Shown: piece after piece, positions 61,724 to 64,000 of the stretch | How the letters are laid out: every line of letters starts with the position of its first letter | Position numbering within the stretch: the stretch's first letter is position 1 | Source of the DNA: an uncultured delta proteobacterium | GTDB lineage: Bacteria > Myxococcota_A > UBA9160 > UBA4427 | Assembly: GCA_963822965.1 (NCBI GenBank) | Contig: CAWGJT010000005.1 | Span: 1,760,001 to 1,824,000 of the forward strand | Length of the DNA stretch: 64,000 nt | Reading direction: 5' to 3' | Notes under the pieces: generated by a model | What the model was told of the DNA's origin: nothing | Databases searched by the model: none | What the model saw: only the letters and a program-made list of their open reading frames with translations | Translations under genes and position numbers: made by a program

Positions 61724-62931
61724 GCGCGCCCCAGCAGGCCCAGGGTGTTGTCGCGCATGATGCGGCGGATCGCTTCCGCGGGGAGCGTCGTCAGGCCCTC
61801 GACGAAGTCCGCAGGCTCGGCCAGCCCTTCCGGGTGGGGATAGTCGGAGCCGAAGACCACCTGGGACGCGCCGATCTCCCGCACCAGCGCCGGGATGTTC
61901 TCCTCGTGGTACGGCGACACGAACACGTGGCGACGCACGATGTCCGAGGGCTTCTCGCGGATACGACCGCCGATCCACGGCCCGTTGCGGCCCATGCCGC
62001 CCATCTTGTCCATCACCTTCATCAGGTAGGGGACGAAGAGCGAGCCGTTCTCCACGCTCATGACCTTGAGGTTCGGGTAGCGGCCGAAGAGGTTGTGGAA
62101 GACCAGCGCCGCGATGGTGTCCATGATGGGCCGGTCGCCGTAGAAGCACGACCACTGGAACGCCGACTGCCGGTGCGCCGAGGGGTTCGGCTGCTCGCCG
62201 AACCAGACGCTCATCATCTCGTTGTAGCCCGACTCGGCGATGTGGAAGGCCACGGTCACGCCGGCCTCGTGGACGCGCGACCAGAAGGGGTCGAAGTACG
62301 GGTCGGCGGGGGAGCGCCCGTAGGCCGGTCCGGGTCGCAGGGCCACCACGCGCGCGCCCCGGGCGATCACCCGATCCAGCTCGTCCACGGCGCGCTCGAG
62401 GTCGAGCAGCGAGAGCAGCGGCGGCGCATAGATGCGGCCCTGGTAGTCGAAGCCCCAGGTCTCGTCGAGCCAGCGGTTGAAGGCGTGGAAGTTCGCGTAC
62501 ATCTGCTCCGCGTCGTCGGTCATGAACTGCTCGACGCAGACGGCCAGGGTGGGAAAGAGGAGGCAGCCTTCGAGCCCCTGCTCGTCCATGCGTGCCAGCC
62601 GGGCCTCGCGGTCCAGGAAGGCCGGATCGTTCGGCTGGGTGACCTCGCCCTCGTAGTCCGGGGTGTGCATGGCGCGCAGCATCTCGCGCAGGGCGCCGGG
62701 GCGGGCGTGGTGGTCGAAGTCGAGGTTGCCCAGGAACGTGAAGGGCTTGCGGCCCACCATCACCCGTTCCTGCCCGCCGTCGTCCGCCACCACCCGGATG
62801 GCCTTGTCGCGGTGGCGCGGCTCGATGAAGCGGGTGAAGCAGTCGCGGGGCTCGTAGTAGTGGTTGTCGGCGTCGAAGAGCCGGAAGCCGAGGGCGTCTC
62901 GGACCGCGGGGGAGCCGGGGATCTGATGCAT
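61720..62931 (-). CDS. Amidohydrolase_2-family protein
   Basis: FDADNHYYE, AFH, VENGS, FGSDYPHPEG. Confidence 0.9.
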   Translation of the reverse strand: MHQIPGSPAVRDALGFRLFDADNHYYEPRDCFTRFIEPRHRDKAIRVVADDGGQERVMVGRKPFTFLGNLDFDHHARPGALREMLRAMHTPDYEGEVTQPNDPAFLDREARLARMDEQGLEGCLLFPTLAVCVEQFMTDDAEQMYANFHAFNRWLDETWGFDYQGRIYAPPLLSLLDLERAVDELDRVIARGARVVALRPGPAYGRSPADPYFDPFWSRVHEAGVTVAFHIAESGYNEMMSVWFGEQPNPSAHRQSAFQWSCFYGDRPIMDTIAALVFHNLFGRYPNLKVMSVENGSLFVPYLMKVMDKMGGMGRNGPWIGGRIREKPSDIVRRHVFVSPYHEENIPALVREIGASQVVFGSDYPHPEGLAEPADFVEGLTTLPAEAIRRIMRDNTLGLLGRA

Positions 62932-62990
62932 CGTCAGAATTCTACACCAGACCGCTCCGTTCCCGACCGCTTCCGTTAGCCTCCCGGGCC

Positions 62991-64000
62991 ATGTCGCACC
63001 CCGAAGCCCCGTCTCCGGCCCGGGAGCCCCGTCCCCGCATGCTGCACGGCGAGACGGTCGTCGACCCGTACGCGTGGATGCGCGCGCGAGAGAGCGAACG
63101 GGTGGCCGCCCACCTCGCCGCCGAGAACGCGTACACCGAGACCGTGCTCGCCCCCCAGGCCGGTCTGCGCGAGACCGTCTTCCAGGAGATCAAGTCCCGC
63201 ATCCTCGAGACCGACCTCAGCGTGCCGGCGCGCAAGGGCGACTACTGGTACCTGGCCCGTACGGAGGAGGGGCAGCAGTACCCCATCTCGTGCCGGCGGC
63301 GGGGCGCCATCGACGGCCCCGAGCAGGTCCTGCTCGACGCCAACCTGCTGGCGGGCGATTCGCCGTACTTCGCCCTCGGCCTCTTCGAGGTGAGCCCGGA
63401 CCACGCCCTGGCCGCGTACTCGACGGACTTCACCGGCGCCGAGGAGTACGTGCTGCGCTTCCGCGACCTCGACTCGGGCCGCGACCTGGCGGACGAGATC
63501 GCGCGCACCACCTACGGCGGCGCCTTCTCGGCCGACTCGCGCTTCTTCTTCTACGTGCGGACGGACGACGCCCTGCGGCCGTACCAGCTGTGGCGCCACG
63601 AGATCGGAACCCCCGCCGACGCGGACGCCCTCGTCTTCCAGGAGGACGACGAGCGCTTCTTCCTGGCGGTGGACGCCACCCGCAGCGAGGAGTGGATCCT
63701 CCTCACCGTCCACAGCCAGACGACCAGCGAGGTGTGGGTACTGGAGGCGACCGCGCCGCGCGGGACGTTCCGGTGCATGCGGCCCCGCGTGGACGGCGTC
63801 GAGTACTGGGTAGAGCACGCCCGGGGCACCCGCGACGGCGGGCGCTTCGTGGTCCTCTCCACCCTCGACGCGCCCAACGGGCGCATCCTCGAGGCGAAGG
63901 TGACGGACCCGGGCGCCTGGAAGGAGATCCTGCCCCACCGCGGCGACGTGAAGCTCGACGGGCTGGACGCCTTCGAGCGCCACCTGGTGGTCTGGCGCCG
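62991..64000 (+). CDS. ptrB: Oligopeptidase B (S9A), N-terminal part, runs off the window
   Basis: Own translation: HGETVVDPYAWMR..HLAAENAYT..EIKSRILETDLSVP; beta-propeller with RPYQLWRHEIG. Confidence 0.9.
   Translation, partial: MSHPEAPSPAREPRPRMLHGETVVDPYAWMRARESERVAAHLAAENAYTETVLAPQAGLRETVFQEIKSRILETDLSVPARKGDYWYLARTEEGQQYPISCRRRGAIDGPEQVLLDANLLAGDSPYFALGLFEVSPDHALAAYSTDFTGAEEYVLRFRDLDSGRDLADEIARTTYGGAFSADSRFFFYVRTDDALRPYQLWRHEIGTPADADALVFQEDDERFFLAVDATRSEEWILLTVHSQTTSEVWVLEATAPRGTFRCMRPRVDGVEYWVEHARGTRDGGRFVVLSTLDAPNGRILEAKVTDPGAWKEILPHRGDVKLDGLDAFERHLVVWR

Overview
High-GC bacterial DNA; the gene content (ExeA/ExeB, AMIN protein, gshB, thiolase/DUF35, amidohydrolases) fits a Gram-negative, possibly Myxococcota-like lineage, which is inference only. 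Many conserved genes carry single-base frameshifts, most likely long-read assembly errors. Positions 1-4000 are an integron-type cassette array: a putative attI at about 79, an intact attC at 597-728, an Imm26-like cassette and two unknown cassettes. Two different IS110-family elements have hit its recombination sites: one intact, with a long right non-coding end that may encode a bridge RNA, and one decayed. A lipase and its foldase follow. Next is an accessory block (6.3-10.9 kb) with an OmpA/MotB-domain membrane protein divergent from a TM protein, unknown protein, lipoprotein and trypsin-like protease, with three palindromic repeats between the two units. A second unusual cluster (21-28.3 kb) encodes an M15 peptidoglycan peptidase, a small beta protein, a patatin lipoprotein and a 1558-aa Cache-type multi-pass membrane protein with a degenerate NTPase-like tail. 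The remainder is mostly housekeeping and lipid metabolism: ogt, a sigma54 regulator, gshB, PBP1A, SDRs, NUDIX, rhomboid, ExeAB, type II PanK, tandem ArsA/Get3 ATPases, acyl-CoA ligase, a Ca/Na antiporter, thiolase/DUF35 and ptrB. No rRNA, tRNA or CRISPR array was recognised.
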